In this document: positions 9,412 through 19,160 of the stretch, piece by piece
Numbering within the stretch: position 1 is the stretch's first letter
Layout: each line of letters starts with the position of its first letter
Source: an uncultured Pseudomonadales bacterium
Lineage (GTDB): Bacteria; Patescibacteriota; Microgenomatia; UBA1400; Chazhemtobacteraceae
Assembly (NCBI GenBank): GCA_964422035.1
Contig: CAYQZQ010000001.1
Location: 515,025-579,024 of the forward strand
Length of the DNA stretch: 64,000 nucleotides
Direction: 5' to 3'
The notes under the pieces: generated by a model
What the model saw: only the letters and a program-made list of their open reading frames with translations
What the model was told of the DNA's origin: nothing
The model's database searches: none
Program-made: the position numbers and the translations under genes

Positions 9412-10581
9412 TTAGCTGCCTATTAAGTATAACTCTTCCTCAGCGCGGGTGATGCCGGTATATAACCAGCGGCGCCACTGTTGATCGTTCATCTGCTTGA
9501 AGCGCTCTTCAAACAGTATGACTTTTTGAGCTTGACTACCTTGAGCTTTGTGAACTGTTAGAGCATAACCAAAATCAAACAAATCCACATCATCTGGAAT
9601 CTTTTTGCCCTCTTTGGTGCGTGACATAGTGCTTTTGGCACCAAACTGATCCTTTAGAACCTTGCCTTGAAAGACTTGATCATCGATGTCCATCTCGATC
9701 TGGACTTTGTAAAAGATATCTTCAAAAGGTTTTATGTTTATCAAAGTGCCCAACATGCCGTTGTAGATGTTTTTTTGGTGATTGTTGCGCAGACAGATAA
9801 CCCTATCCCCTTCCATGGGCTCAATTTGTGGATCAAAGAAACGCTTTTGGCGGATAAAGTCATTTATTTTCACACGGGTATGATTGTATCCGGATAGAAC
9901 AAGAGTGTCGTCATCATACTGGGAGAGCAGGTCTTCTATTCTCTGCTGGGAATCAAATGAGGTCTGATCGATCTTTTCCACAGCTGAGCCGTATTGACCG
10001 GGTTCTATAAAGCCTTTTTTGCGAGCTTTTATTGAGAGCTTGATAATAGGATTATCTTGAGCTTGGCGATGAATTTTTTCCAGTTTTATGTTTGGATCTT
10101 CCATGAGATTAAAGTCACCATGAATGGGAGGCAGCTGACCATGGTCTCCGATGGCCAGGATAGGCAGATCAAAGGAGATAAGATCTCTGAAGATATCAAG
10201 ATTGACCATTGAGGCCTCATCAACGATGATAAGTTGAGCATCAAGCGAAGACTTTTTCTTCCAGCCAGTTACAACTCCACCTGAGCTGACTATGGGAGCG
10301 TATATATATGAATGAATAGTGCCAACAAAGTCCTGATCAAAACGAGCATCGTGTTTGCGTAGAGTAGCATCCAGAACACGGCTAGCTTTACCTGTATATG
10401 AAATTAAAGCGATTTTTAGTTTTTCATTTCTTTTATGCAACAGGCGACGCAACATGGCAGTTAAAGTAGTTTTGCCAGTACCGGCATAGCCACCTAAAGT
10501 TAGGTACTGACTTCTTTCTTTATCCTTAAGCCAAGCTAGGATAGATTTTAAAGCGGATTTTTGATCTTTTGAGAGCTTCAC
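9412..10581 (-). CDS. RecD/Dda-like SF1B DNA helicase
   Basis: GYAGTGKT, IVDEASM, GDHGQLPP, HRQA, YALTVHKAQGSQ, YTGITRA. Confidence 0.9.
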   Translation of the reverse strand: MKLSKDQKSALKSILAWLKDKERSQYLTLGGYAGTGKTTLTAMLRRLLHKRNEKLKIALISYTGKASRVLDATLRKHDARFDQDFVGTIHSYIYAPIVSSGGVVTGWKKKSSLDAQLIIVDEASMVNLDIFRDLISFDLPILAIGDHGQLPPIHGDFNLMEDPNIKLEKIHRQAQDNPIIKLSIKARKKGFIEPGQYGSAVEKIDQTSFDSQQRIEDLLSQYDDDTLVLSGYNHTRVKINDFIRQKRFFDPQIEPMEGDRVICLRNNHQKNIYNGMLGTLINIKPFEDIFYKVQIEMDIDDQVFQGKVLKDQFGAKSTMSRTKEGKKIPDDVDLFDFGYALTVHKAQGSQAQKVILFEERFKQMNDQQWRRWLYTGITRAEEELYLIGS

Positions 10582-10679
10582 AAGAGTAAGTATAAAGGTT
10601 CAGATAAATTAAACATAGTCCGCTAAACCCTCCGTTACCTCTTTCAAAGCTCTCATTTTTTATGTGATATATTTTACTT

Positions 10680-11174
10680 ATGGCTAAACCCTACCAGAAT
10701 GCAACTTTAATCTGCATCATTCTTACAATTCTTGCAATAATCGGTTTAGTCCTTGGTATCATCTACTCTCAACCTCTTATAGCCATCTTTCTACTTCTTC
10801 CAACCTCAATCTATGAACTCTATCGCACCGAAGGGGAATCTACAAAACTAGCATCCTGGGGAATGCTTGGTTTACTTATTGCAGAAATCGCTTTTTTAAT
10901 CTTTAACATTAATCTAGACCTGGCCCAATTTCTCAATCAAAACCAGGCATACATATCTGGTTATAAAGTTCCCTTCGGAAAAATCACAGTGCTCTCCCCT
11001 ACTTTAATGGCAGTGCTTTCAATTGTTTTAATCACAAACACTAGAGGCAAGTACACACGCTGGTTAGCTGGAATCATCTTTTTTACTTCATTTGGTATCA
11101 TCTATATCCTCGACCCAAATATATTCACTCAACTCATTCGCTTAGCAATAAAAGAAGTATTCAGCTCAATCTAA
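10680..11174 (+). CDS. Hypothetical integral membrane protein
   Basis: About 5 hydrophobic segments, YRTEG loop; -10-like box just upstream. Confidence 0.7.
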   Translation: MAKPYQNATLICIILTILAIIGLVLGIIYSQPLIAIFLLLPTSIYELYRTEGESTKLASWGMLGLLIAEIAFLIFNINLDLAQFLNQNQAYISGYKVPFGKITVLSPTLMAVLSIVLITNTRGKYTRWLAGIIFFTSFGIIYILDPNIFTQLIRLAIKEVFSSI

Positions 11175-11375
11175 CTAAATCTCTAAACAATTGATATTCT
11201 TTTGATCACAATAAGCTTCAAAAATAACAAGCTCTTGGTTTAAGTAGATAGTAATTACCCTCCCTATACTGGACGTATTCAGAAGCAAAAAAAATGAGCT
11301 TGGCTTTCCTTTTGGACATCTCACATCAATTCGAGAAATATTGTGTTAGAAAAGTATAAGCTCCCTCATTTAATA

Positions 11376-11406
11376 TCGTAGTTTTGTGTTATTTGAAAAA
11401 CTACGA
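11376..11406 (-). terminator. Inverted repeat downstream of the GmrSD-like gene
   Basis: TCGTAGTTTT...AAAACTACGA. Confidence 0.45.
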
Positions 11407-11420
11407 AATTTCTATGGCTA

Positions 11421-13148
11421 TTAATAATCCCAGACTTTGTTATATGATAATTTGGCTAGTTTTTTTTGTCTACCTAAAATGTCATGGTTTCCCCACTCAC
11501 CCCTATTATTATCTTTGATGTATTCAACTACTTTTACGGTTGATGGAATTTTAGTTTCTGACAAAATGTCGATCTTTTCATCTAAAGATTTGTTACCAGC
11601 TTTAGAGTTGATTTTTTTGTGTATTAGCACTAGATTACCTAGTTTATCTTTGTATTCTCCATGTATGTGTTTTTCAATGTCCCATTCTTCATTATAGGTT
11701 TGAGGTAGTATATGTTCCAGATTCACAACATCAAAATCGATCGTAAATTCCTCCCCGCCTTCTTGCTCATCAATTTTATTTAATAAGTATTTTAGCAAGC
11801 GTCTTTGTTTGGTTGAGTGCTTGTAGCTAATATCCATAAATTTTTCTTCAAAAGATGGATATTCAGGCTTCAAATCTTTCAATCTTTGGACCATCTTACC
11901 CAGAATGCTCTCTTTTTCACGCTTGCTAAGATTGTTGTCAATGGCTTTTTCTAACTCTATAGCAGTTTGTGAATATAATTTTTCTACCTTGTTTGCTTGC
12001 AGCTTCGAAATCGCAGAATATACGAAGGTAAATTTTTCAATTGTCTCAAAATAATGATCTATCTTGAACTCTAATTCTTCCGCATTGCGCAAGAGAGCGA
12101 GAAATATGACGTAGCATTGCTTTACTCTCATAGCATTAATGCCTAATAAGCTTCTGAAGATTTTTTTGGTTTTCTCAATTTCTTTTATTTCCCAATCGGC
12201 AGGGTTATCGGACAAGATTCTGTGATACCATCTAGATGATTTTAAAAGCTCATCTAGAAAGGCTTTTTTATCAGTTATGTTGTTTTTGATGTCTCGAAAT
12301 AAACCTTTCTTGGTTGTGTGGTTGTATTTTGAAATCCAATGATATCGAATGAAGCGAGCAATACTAGCATCTACACCTCTAACATTATCAATTATTTCCT
12401 GCCATTTTTCTTTAGCAATATCTTTTTTCCCATCTTCGGGTATAACTTCTTGAAATATTAGATTTTTCAATAAATCTGCAATGCCTAGGTCTACTCCTCT
12501 AGCATTCACTGTTTCAAAGACAATATATGCTTTGTCGTTGCTGTCGATACGTATCTCAATCACTTCCAAAGCACTTACTTTTTGATATAAGTCCTCAAGA
12601 ACTTCTTCCTTATCTTCTTGTGATTTTTTGTTAGCCATTTTGTGCTTTATCTTCTCTTTAAGGAGTTCATAAGCATCTTCTACTCTTTTTTCTTCCTCGG
12701 TATCTGCTTCCACCCACCCTCCTTCTTCTCCTGATTGGATATTTGTTTCAAAGAAATCTTTAAGTGAGTCACCGCACAAAACTCTGAAGTCTTTATCTCT
12801 GCCGGTAACGGAGACATCTGCAATCGCCTTCCTTTGGATTCCATCTGAAAGTTTAGTTAAATCATTTTCTCTAGCAATATCACGTAGGGTTGCAAAAAAT
12901 AACGTTATTGTAAGAATCCTCTGTTGACCATCAATTATATCCGAGTATCCTGTTTTTTTCTTCTCTTCTTCATTAAAAACAAACGTGCCAATAAATGGTA
13001 AAGATCGTTTGCCTGCTATTATGTCGTTCCAAAATTCATCTATATTATTTTCTTCCCAGGAATATTCACGTTGATTCCTAGGTATACGATACCTTTTACT
13101 TTCACCTAAAAGGATATCTTCAATTTTTTTCTCTTTTGCTACAAACAT
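11421..13148 (-). CDS. GmrSD-like restriction endonuclease (DUF262 + DUF1524/HNH)
   Basis: IPRNQREYSW, IIDGQQR, FETVNARG (DUF262); EHILPQ, LGNLVLI...NS (DUF1524). Confidence 0.9.
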   Translation of the reverse strand: MFVAKEKKIEDILLGESKRYRIPRNQREYSWEENNIDEFWNDIIAGKRSLPFIGTFVFNEEEKKKTGYSDIIDGQQRILTITLFFATLRDIARENDLTKLSDGIQRKAIADVSVTGRDKDFRVLCGDSLKDFFETNIQSGEEGGWVEADTEEEKRVEDAYELLKEKIKHKMANKKSQEDKEEVLEDLYQKVSALEVIEIRIDSNDKAYIVFETVNARGVDLGIADLLKNLIFQEVIPEDGKKDIAKEKWQEIIDNVRGVDASIARFIRYHWISKYNHTTKKGLFRDIKNNITDKKAFLDELLKSSRWYHRILSDNPADWEIKEIEKTKKIFRSLLGINAMRVKQCYVIFLALLRNAEELEFKIDHYFETIEKFTFVYSAISKLQANKVEKLYSQTAIELEKAIDNNLSKREKESILGKMVQRLKDLKPEYPSFEEKFMDISYKHSTKQRRLLKYLLNKIDEQEGGEEFTIDFDVVNLEHILPQTYNEEWDIEKHIHGEYKDKLGNLVLIHKKINSKAGNKSLDEKIDILSETKIPSTVKVVEYIKDNNRGEWGNHDILGRQKKLAKLSYNKVWDY

Positions 13149-13315
13149 GTTTACTTGTAATTTTTATTTCGATGGACGAGATGTTTTGAATAATTTTATA
13201 ATTGACTTAACTTAAGCTTAAAAGAATAAGCTTATATTAGATTTATTTTATATCACTTTTGTTAGATTTATAATACGAAATTTTCATACAAGCTAAAATA
13301 GTGTTTTTTTATAAT

Positions 13316-14632
13316 CTAATACCCTTCATAAAACCACTCCCAGGAGGGATCTTGCACTTCCTCAATATCACTCTCATACATCTTGTATACCTCGTCTTCT
13401 AAAACCGTCTGCCAGGTGCCCTGATAGTAGTGATACTCAACTGTATCTCCCACCCAGTTTTTGGTCTTGAATTTAACAAAGACAGTGTCAGAGTTGGCAG
13501 AAACAAGCTCGGTTAGATAGATAGTGACATCCAAAATATCAGTAAATCGGGAAGTCCACTCTTTATAGTTAGTCTTTTCCAAGTAGTGGGAAGAGAGTAA
13601 GTCAAAACCCTGCTGCATCTGACGGGTTTTAAGATAGGTATAGAAAGCCTCAACCGCCTCTTTGGGGGACTGGGAGGGATCAACATTAATCTTGGTAATG
13701 TCCTGATCGGTGAAGTTATCCCAGGAACGGTTGATGTAGGAGGAGGAGACAAAGAAGGAAGCTCCGGAAAGAGAAGTGGTATTTAAGCCAACCATGTTGC
13801 CGCACTGATCAACTAAGGGACCACCACTCATACCTTTAACCAGAGAGATGTTGGTCTGCAAGTACTCAGTGTTGGCCTCAGAGGTGGAAGGATGACGCTG
13901 GGCGGTATAGATGCCATCGGAAATGGAGACCTCACCTTCCAGCTGGGTGCCCAGAGAGTAACCGGCAGCCAGGACCGGCTCACCGAAAGTGAGAGTATGG
14001 GGAGGAGCAAATTCAAAGACCAAGTTGGGAAAACTTTTTTCTAGATGTAGGATGGCCAGATCGGCTTCTTTGTAGGCAGTGATGGAAGTAGGAGTAAGAA
14101 AGTTGCCATCAGGCAGAATGACTTTAGGACTGGGCTCACCTTCAATAACATGAAAGTTAGTTAAGACCTGATCGGGAGCAATAAAGGTACCTGAACCCTC
14201 AGAGTAGCCACCAACCACCCTAACTACAGAGCTTTTTAATTGCCGGCTAGTAACCCACTGGGAACAGAAAAACTTGTCATAACCGCCATAGCGCTCTACT
14301 AAAGCTAGGAAGCGATATTCAGTAAAGGCAAAGTAGAGAAAAATCAGACCCCAAAAGACGGTTTTGCCAAAACGGCTCCAGGAGCGGAAAGGCCAGATAA
14401 TGACTTTTAGTATCAAGCGGGCGAGAAAAGATATGAAACGAAGTAAGGACTTAAATAGATAATAAAGAGGGTAGGTAACTAGCTTAAGAGGGAAAAGATA
14501 TAAAGGAAAAAACAAACCTTTGATAAATTTAAAAAAGCGGACTTTAAGAGAAACCAGATGAGAAACTAACTTAAGCCAGTTGTAACGCAAGCGCAAGTAC
14601 AAACGACGCAGAAAAGTAGGAGCTAATAACAT
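13316..14632 (-). CDS. Membrane-anchored trypsin-like serine protease
   Basis: GSGTFI, TNFHV, DLAIL, GMSGGPL; hydrophobic N-terminus. Confidence 0.85.
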   Translation of the reverse strand: MLLAPTFLRRLYLRLRYNWLKLVSHLVSLKVRFFKFIKGLFFPLYLFPLKLVTYPLYYLFKSLLRFISFLARLILKVIIWPFRSWSRFGKTVFWGLIFLYFAFTEYRFLALVERYGGYDKFFCSQWVTSRQLKSSVVRVVGGYSEGSGTFIAPDQVLTNFHVIEGEPSPKVILPDGNFLTPTSITAYKEADLAILHLEKSFPNLVFEFAPPHTLTFGEPVLAAGYSLGTQLEGEVSISDGIYTAQRHPSTSEANTEYLQTNISLVKGMSGGPLVDQCGNMVGLNTTSLSGASFFVSSSYINRSWDNFTDQDITKINVDPSQSPKEAVEAFYTYLKTRQMQQGFDLLSSHYLEKTNYKEWTSRFTDILDVTIYLTELVSANSDTVFVKFKTKNWVGDTVEYHYYQGTWQTVLEDEVYKMYESDIEEVQDPSWEWFYEGY

Positions 14633-14657
14633 AAAGATATTATACAGGTCGGAGAAA

Positions 14658-14882
14658 TTATTCAGATAATAATATCAAGACTTTGTTGCGTGACTGATGC
14701 CCTTTATCAATAAAGACTTGGTGCTTTTTAACACCTAAATGATCTGCTATTGTCTCAATTAAAGCCTTGTTGGCCGCCCCTTTTCTAGGCGGGGCGGTAA
14801 CATAGACGGTGCAGCTACCATCAGCTTCTTCTTTGACGTGATTTCTGGATGCTGAGGGGGTAAGCTTGACTTTAAGCTTCAT
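14658..14882 (-). CDS. DUF167/YggU family protein
   Basis: VTAPPRKGAANKALI, GHQSRNK. Confidence 0.85.
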   Translation of the reverse strand: MKLKVKLTPSASRNHVKEEADGSCTVYVTAPPRKGAANKALIETIADHLGVKKHQVFIDKGHQSRNKVLILLSE

Positions 14883-15309
14883 GGTCAGGTTTTAAACCTA
14901 AATATTTTTGCACGCCTGTATCAAAATCAGTGGTGAAGTAGTTTTTCAATTCTTTAGGCTTGACCCATTTAACTTTAACTGTTTCTTCTTGATTAAAACT
15001 TACTTGATTATCAGACTCAAGTGAAGCTGAAAGATAATGAAGGTGGACAGGAAACTGAGGATGAATGCGTTGGGAGATTTCTTGTTGCGGTTTTATTTGA
15101 TAACCAGTTTCTTCTAAGACCTCTCTTTTAACAGCAGTAAGCTGGTCTTCTCCTGGTTTGATTTTGCCACCAGGAAAAACCCATTCAAGTATAGATTGAG
15201 CTTTTTTCTCTTTTTTTCTTCTTTGGACGATGAGGACTTCTGACTTTTGATTAGTGACAATACCAAGGACAACATGAGTTAGAGATGGTTCGTGTTCAGG
15301 GTTTTTCAT
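14872..15309 (-). CDS. NUDIX hydrolase
   Basis: PGGKIKPGEDQLTAVKREVLEETG Nudix box; start placed at MKNPEH. Confidence 0.88.
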   Translation of the reverse strand: MKNPEHEPSLTHVVLGIVTNQKSEVLIVQRRKKEKKAQSILEWVFPGGKIKPGEDQLTAVKREVLEETGYQIKPQQEISQRIHPQFPVHLHYLSASLESDNQVSFNQEETVKVKWVKPKELKNYFTTDFDTGVQKYLGLKPDHEA

Positions 15310-15342
15310 AAGGTTAATTCTATCAAGAGTATAATAACAGAC

Positions 15343-15882
15343 ATGAGAGGATTTCAAGGAAGACATTTAAGTGAGGAGCCTTTGGAGATAGTAAAAAAAG
15401 CAGCCAAACTACTCAAAGCAGATAGCAAAGTGCTGGACTTGGCAGTGGGAGAAGGCAGACATGCTTTGTATCTGGCAGAGAAGGGGCATTTGGTAACTGG
15501 AGTAGATGTCTCAGATGAAAGCTTTGAGAAAATTAAACAAAAAGCATCGGGGGAGATAAAGTTAATAAAAAAAGACGCCAGAGAGTTTGAAAGTGAAGAA
15601 AAGTATGATCTGGTCGTTTGCACGGGCTTATTGCACTTTTTTGAAGATAATGAAGTAGAAATGATAATAGAGAAAATGAAACAACTGACCAAACCCGGCG
15701 GCTACAACGTCTTGGCAGCCAGGATGGACCAGAACCCAAGAGGCAGTTTGTCTCACCTATTTAGTCATCAGGAAATGAAGGGATACTATACCAACTGGGA
15801 GATAATAGAGTATGAGGAAGTAGAAAAAGAAGATTATCCGGCCCGTAAAGTACAGATTGTGTTAAGCGAAAAGACAGAGTAG
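15343..15882 (+). CDS. Class I SAM-dependent methyltransferase (TehB-like)
   Basis: VLDLAVGEGRHA, YDLVV, TKPGG; start at MRGFQ, 7 nt after TATAAT. Confidence 0.85.
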   Translation: MRGFQGRHLSEEPLEIVKKAAKLLKADSKVLDLAVGEGRHALYLAEKGHLVTGVDVSDESFEKIKQKASGEIKLIKKDAREFESEEKYDLVVCTGLLHFFEDNEVEMIIEKMKQLTKPGGYNVLAARMDQNPRGSLSHLFSHQEMKGYYTNWEIIEYEEVEKEDYPARKVQIVLSEKTE

Positions 15883-15897
15883 TTTTCTAACTTACTC

Positions 15898-16257
15898 TTA
15901 AGAATCGATCAACAAATTTCGTCCTTCAACTAACCAGTCATCTATCCAGTTTTTTATATCTTGATCGGTGTGGTGATCAAAATCAACGGTTTTTTCAGCA
16001 AACCAATAGAGAAAAAGCTCAACATCTAAAGAGTGCTTGTTATTTTCCTGTCCCTTAATTTCAGCACCCAGGGCTCTACTTATGACACCTAAAAGATAGG
16101 CATCGCTGTCTTTTTTAGGAGGAGTGTTTTCCATAATGTGTCTGCCGTCTTCACCGAAAGGGTCTTTGAGATCACTAGGTGTGGTTTTATCTATCGGCTT
16201 GTTGCTGCTCCAGCGAACAACTTCATTTAAAAGTTTGATATTTTCTTTTCGGCTCAT
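15898..16257 (-). CDS. Hypothetical protein
   Basis: ORF from MSRKEN; no recognisable motif. Confidence 0.55.
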   Translation of the reverse strand: MSRKENIKLLNEVVRWSSNKPIDKTTPSDLKDPFGEDGRHIMENTPPKKDSDAYLLGVISRALGAEIKGQENNKHSLDVELFLYWFAEKTVDFDHHTDQDIKNWIDDWLVEGRNLLIDS

Positions 16258-16327
16258 AAAGATATAGTTTTTATGATGATAGGATAGCAGATCAGGCAGT
16301 TTTGGCAAGATGGTAGAATCTTTATTA

Positions 16328-17050
16328 ATGGTAAAAAGTAGTAGAGTCAAAAGAGTAATTTTGAAGTTAAGCGGGGACTTGTTTTCTGATGATGATGATC
16401 GGATTAGTTTTTCTGCTTATGATAAGGTGGCCAAGAAAATTATAAAGATAGTAGATAAGACGGAAGTTGAGATGGTAATTGTAGTAGGCGGAGGCAATAT
16501 ATTCAGAGGCCGACAAGTAAAAAAGATGCAAGTGGATAGATCAGAGGCAGATACGATGGGAATGTTAGCTACCATAATAAATGGGACGGGCTTGCGGGAA
16601 TCACTGGTGCGAAATGGTAAGCATGATAGCCGGCTGATGACGGCCATTGAGATGCCAGAAGTGGGTGAACCTTATCTGCGATTGCGAGCCAGACATCATT
16701 TACGTAAAGGCAGAGTGGTGATTATCGGTGGCGGACTTGGCAGGCCATTTTTCACCACTGATTCGGCGGTAGCTCAGTACGCGACGGAGCTTAAGTGTGA
16801 TTTGGTATTGAAAGCCAGCACGGTTGATGGTGTTTATGAAAAAGACCCCAAAAAACACCCGGAGGCCAAAAAATATGAAGAGCTTGATTTTCAAGAAGCT
16901 TTAGTGAAAGACTTGAAGATCATGGATGCAACTGCTTTTGCTATGTGTCGAGAACAAGAGCTGCCGGTAATTGTTTTTAACATTAAAGACCTGGAAAAAC
17001 TGCCTGATATGTTAAACGGAGAGCTTAAGCTGGGAACAAAGATTAAGTAG
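16328..17050 (+). CDS. pyrH: UMP kinase
   Basis: LKLSGD, GGGNIFRG, DTMGMLAT, PFFTTDS, VDGVYEKDP, IMDATA. Confidence 0.95.
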   Translation: MVKSSRVKRVILKLSGDLFSDDDDRISFSAYDKVAKKIIKIVDKTEVEMVIVVGGGNIFRGRQVKKMQVDRSEADTMGMLATIINGTGLRESLVRNGKHDSRLMTAIEMPEVGEPYLRLRARHHLRKGRVVIIGGGLGRPFFTTDSAVAQYATELKCDLVLKASTVDGVYEKDPKKHPEAKKYEELDFQEALVKDLKIMDATAFAMCREQELPVIVFNIKDLEKLPDMLNGELKLGTKIK

Positions 17051-17296
17051 CTATATTAAAGAAAGCTTTTCTTTTCTGGAGAGGGATTTTATTTGATGCT
17101 CGCGCTTTAGGGCGCTTGAGTAGCTGCCAGCTTTTTGTTGGTAAACTAACTTGACCGGCAGTCGCCCTTTGGTGTATTTGGCCCCGTTACCAGTATTGTG
17201 TTTTTTTACTCTTTGGGTGACGTTTTTGGTAATGCCGGTATATAGAGTATTGTCAGAACATTTGATGATGTATACGTACCAGATGCTTTTGGCCAT
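17051..17296 (-). CDS. GIY-YIG nuclease (UPF0213)
   Basis: WYVYII, LYTGIT, GAKYTKGR, ALKREHQIK. Confidence 0.9.
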   Translation of the reverse strand: MAKSIWYVYIIKCSDNTLYTGITKNVTQRVKKHNTGNGAKYTKGRLPVKLVYQQKAGSYSSALKREHQIKSLSRKEKLSLI

Positions 17297-17379
17297 AGGG
17301 AGATTGTATGAGCTAGACGATTATTAGACAAGCATTCTTCAATTGACTAAAGAATCGTTATTGGTGATATGATGAAAAT

Positions 17380-17907
17380 ATGAACTTAATACTTTTGGCT
17401 GGAAACAGCCCAGAGAACGAAGAGTGGATCGAGGAGGTAGAGACGACTTTGGGAGAAAACTTTGATATTACTTATGTGCAAAGATACCAGCACTGGAATG
17501 GAAATGGTGATGTAATTGATCTTGAGGAAGAGCTTAAAAGACTAGTAGAAAACGAGGAGCAGTTAAGGCCGTATACTATTTTTGCAAAATCAGCAGGAGT
17601 GCTTTTAACCCTTAAGGGGATGAGTGAAGGAGTAATAAAACCTGAGAACAATATTTTCTGTGGAACTCCCAGAGGCTTTGCCACCAGATTAAATGCTCCT
17701 ATAGATGAGTGGATAAGTAAGTTGTCTACTCCATCTTTATTTATCCAAAACTATCATGATCCGGCCATGCACTTTGAAGACTTAAAAGAGTATTTAAAAC
17801 AAATGGGATCTAAAAACTACAAACTAGCTAGACTAGAAGGGAGCAACCATCATTATGGAGACTTGGATAAATTAAGACAGCTAACAGAAGGGTTTTTAGA
17901 GGAGTAA
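17380..17907 (+). CDS. Alpha/beta hydrolase-fold protein
   Basis: LLAGNS, AKSAG nucleophile elbow, DP, HHY. Confidence 0.65.
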   Translation: MNLILLAGNSPENEEWIEEVETTLGENFDITYVQRYQHWNGNGDVIDLEEELKRLVENEEQLRPYTIFAKSAGVLLTLKGMSEGVIKPENNIFCGTPRGFATRLNAPIDEWISKLSTPSLFIQNYHDPAMHFEDLKEYLKQMGSKNYKLARLEGSNHHYGDLDKLRQLTEGFLEE

Positions 17908-17913
17908 AAAGGT

Positions 17914-18327
17914 TTATCGTTTTGGAGATTGGCGTTTGGCTCGAGCTTTAGAACCAGCAGTACCAGGTTTTCTGGTTTCTTTCATACGAGGATCTCGAGT
18001 TAGAAAGCCTTGAGTTTTTAGGATTGGTCTGAATCGCTCTGGATTGACTTTAGATAAAGCACGGGCAATACCATGGATAAAAGCACCCAGTTGACCCTTT
18101 TTACCGGAACCCTCTACCTTTACCGAGGCGGTGTATTTTTTATGGGTATTGGTAGTTATAAAAGGCTCCATGTAACGTTTTTTGTTGATTTCTCCCGGCC
18201 AGTATTCGTCGATGGGCTTACCATTGACGGTAATTGGAGACTTGCCTTCTTTGAGGCGGACTCTGGCTACGGCAGTTTTTCTTCTACCTACTGCGTAGAT
18301 ATAGTCTTTTTTCTTTTTGCTTGCCAT
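17914..18327 (-). CDS. rpsI: 30S ribosomal protein S9
   Basis: GRRKTAVARV, LTRDPR, C-terminal KR. Confidence 0.97.
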   Translation of the reverse strand: MASKKKKDYIYAVGRRKTAVARVRLKEGKSPITVNGKPIDEYWPGEINKKRYMEPFITTNTHKKYTASVKVEGSGKKGQLGAFIHGIARALSKVNPERFRPILKTQGFLTRDPRMKETRKPGTAGSKARAKRQSPKR

Positions 18328-18752
18328 TATTTGCTACTGTTAATTTGTGATTGGTGTGGATGTTTGTCATCTTTGAAGATTTTAAAACGGGCTAGTCGTG
18401 GTTTTCTCATCTTGTTTTTGGGCAACATGTTTTTAACAGCTAGTTTGATGACTTCTCTGGAGTCTTTGTCCATCTTTTCTTTTAGGGTAGTTTGCTTAAA
18501 GCCGCCGGCGTAGCCGGAATGAGTGTAGTATATTTTATTTTCAAGTTTTTTCTTGGTACTGACTTGAGTGTCATCAGAGTTGATGGCAACCACGTAGTCA
18601 CCGGCGTCAAGATTGGGTGAGTAGTAGACTTTGTCTTTGCCTTGTAGAAGCTGGGCTATTTCTGAAGCAACACGGCCCAAGGTCTTGCCCTTAAGATCAA
18701 TAAGGTGCCAGCTTCTTTCAATGTCTGATGCTTTGGTTGTAGGAGTTTTCAT
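18327..18752 (-). CDS. rplM: 50S ribosomal protein L13
   Basis: WHLID...LGRVAS, DAGDYVV, HSGYAGG. Confidence 0.97.
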   Translation of the reverse strand: MKTPTTKASDIERSWHLIDLKGKTLGRVASEIAQLLQGKDKVYYSPNLDAGDYVVAINSDDTQVSTKKKLENKIYYTHSGYAGGFKQTTLKEKMDKDSREVIKLAVKNMLPKNKMRKPRLARFKIFKDDKHPHQSQINSSK

Positions 18753-18759
18753 AGATTAT

Positions 18760-19158
18760 TTATTTTGATTTCTTTTTTGATTTTTTCTTTTCCTGTTTGG
18801 GCTTGTCTACCCAGGAGATTTTAGCTACTGAGGCGTTGTCACCGGGACGCAGTCCTAGTTTTTGGATGGTGGTATGACCAGAAGTGCGATCACTTCTTTT
18901 GGCGATATCATCAACCAACTTGTTGGTAGCTTGCTTGTGATTAAGCTTTGAGTGAACTTGTCTGCGAGCATGGAGGGAACCCTTTTTTGCTTTAGTAACT
19001 AGCTTGTCGGCTAGGGGACGAATTGCCTTGGCTTTGGCAGTTGTGGTGGTGATAGATTCATTGAGAATCAAGTCACGCAAGAGACCCTTGTAAAGGGCCT
19101 TTCTCTGCTTGGTAGTGCGCCCCAGGGTTGACCCGTGGGCTCGGTGACGTTTAGGCAT
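18760..19158 (-). CDS. rplQ: 50S ribosomal protein L17
   Basis: LGRTTKQRKAL, ITTTTAKAK, RPGDNA. Confidence 0.95.
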   Translation of the reverse strand: MPKRHRAHGSTLGRTTKQRKALYKGLLRDLILNESITTTTAKAKAIRPLADKLVTKAKKGSLHARRQVHSKLNHKQATNKLVDDIAKRSDRTSGHTTIQKLGLRPGDNASVAKISWVDKPKQEKKKSKKKSK

Positions 19159-19160
19159 AT

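Noticed and set aside
17051-17296. GIY-YIG gene as a homing endonuclease
   Set aside because: Short stand-alone UPF0213 type with no DNA-binding extension or intron context.
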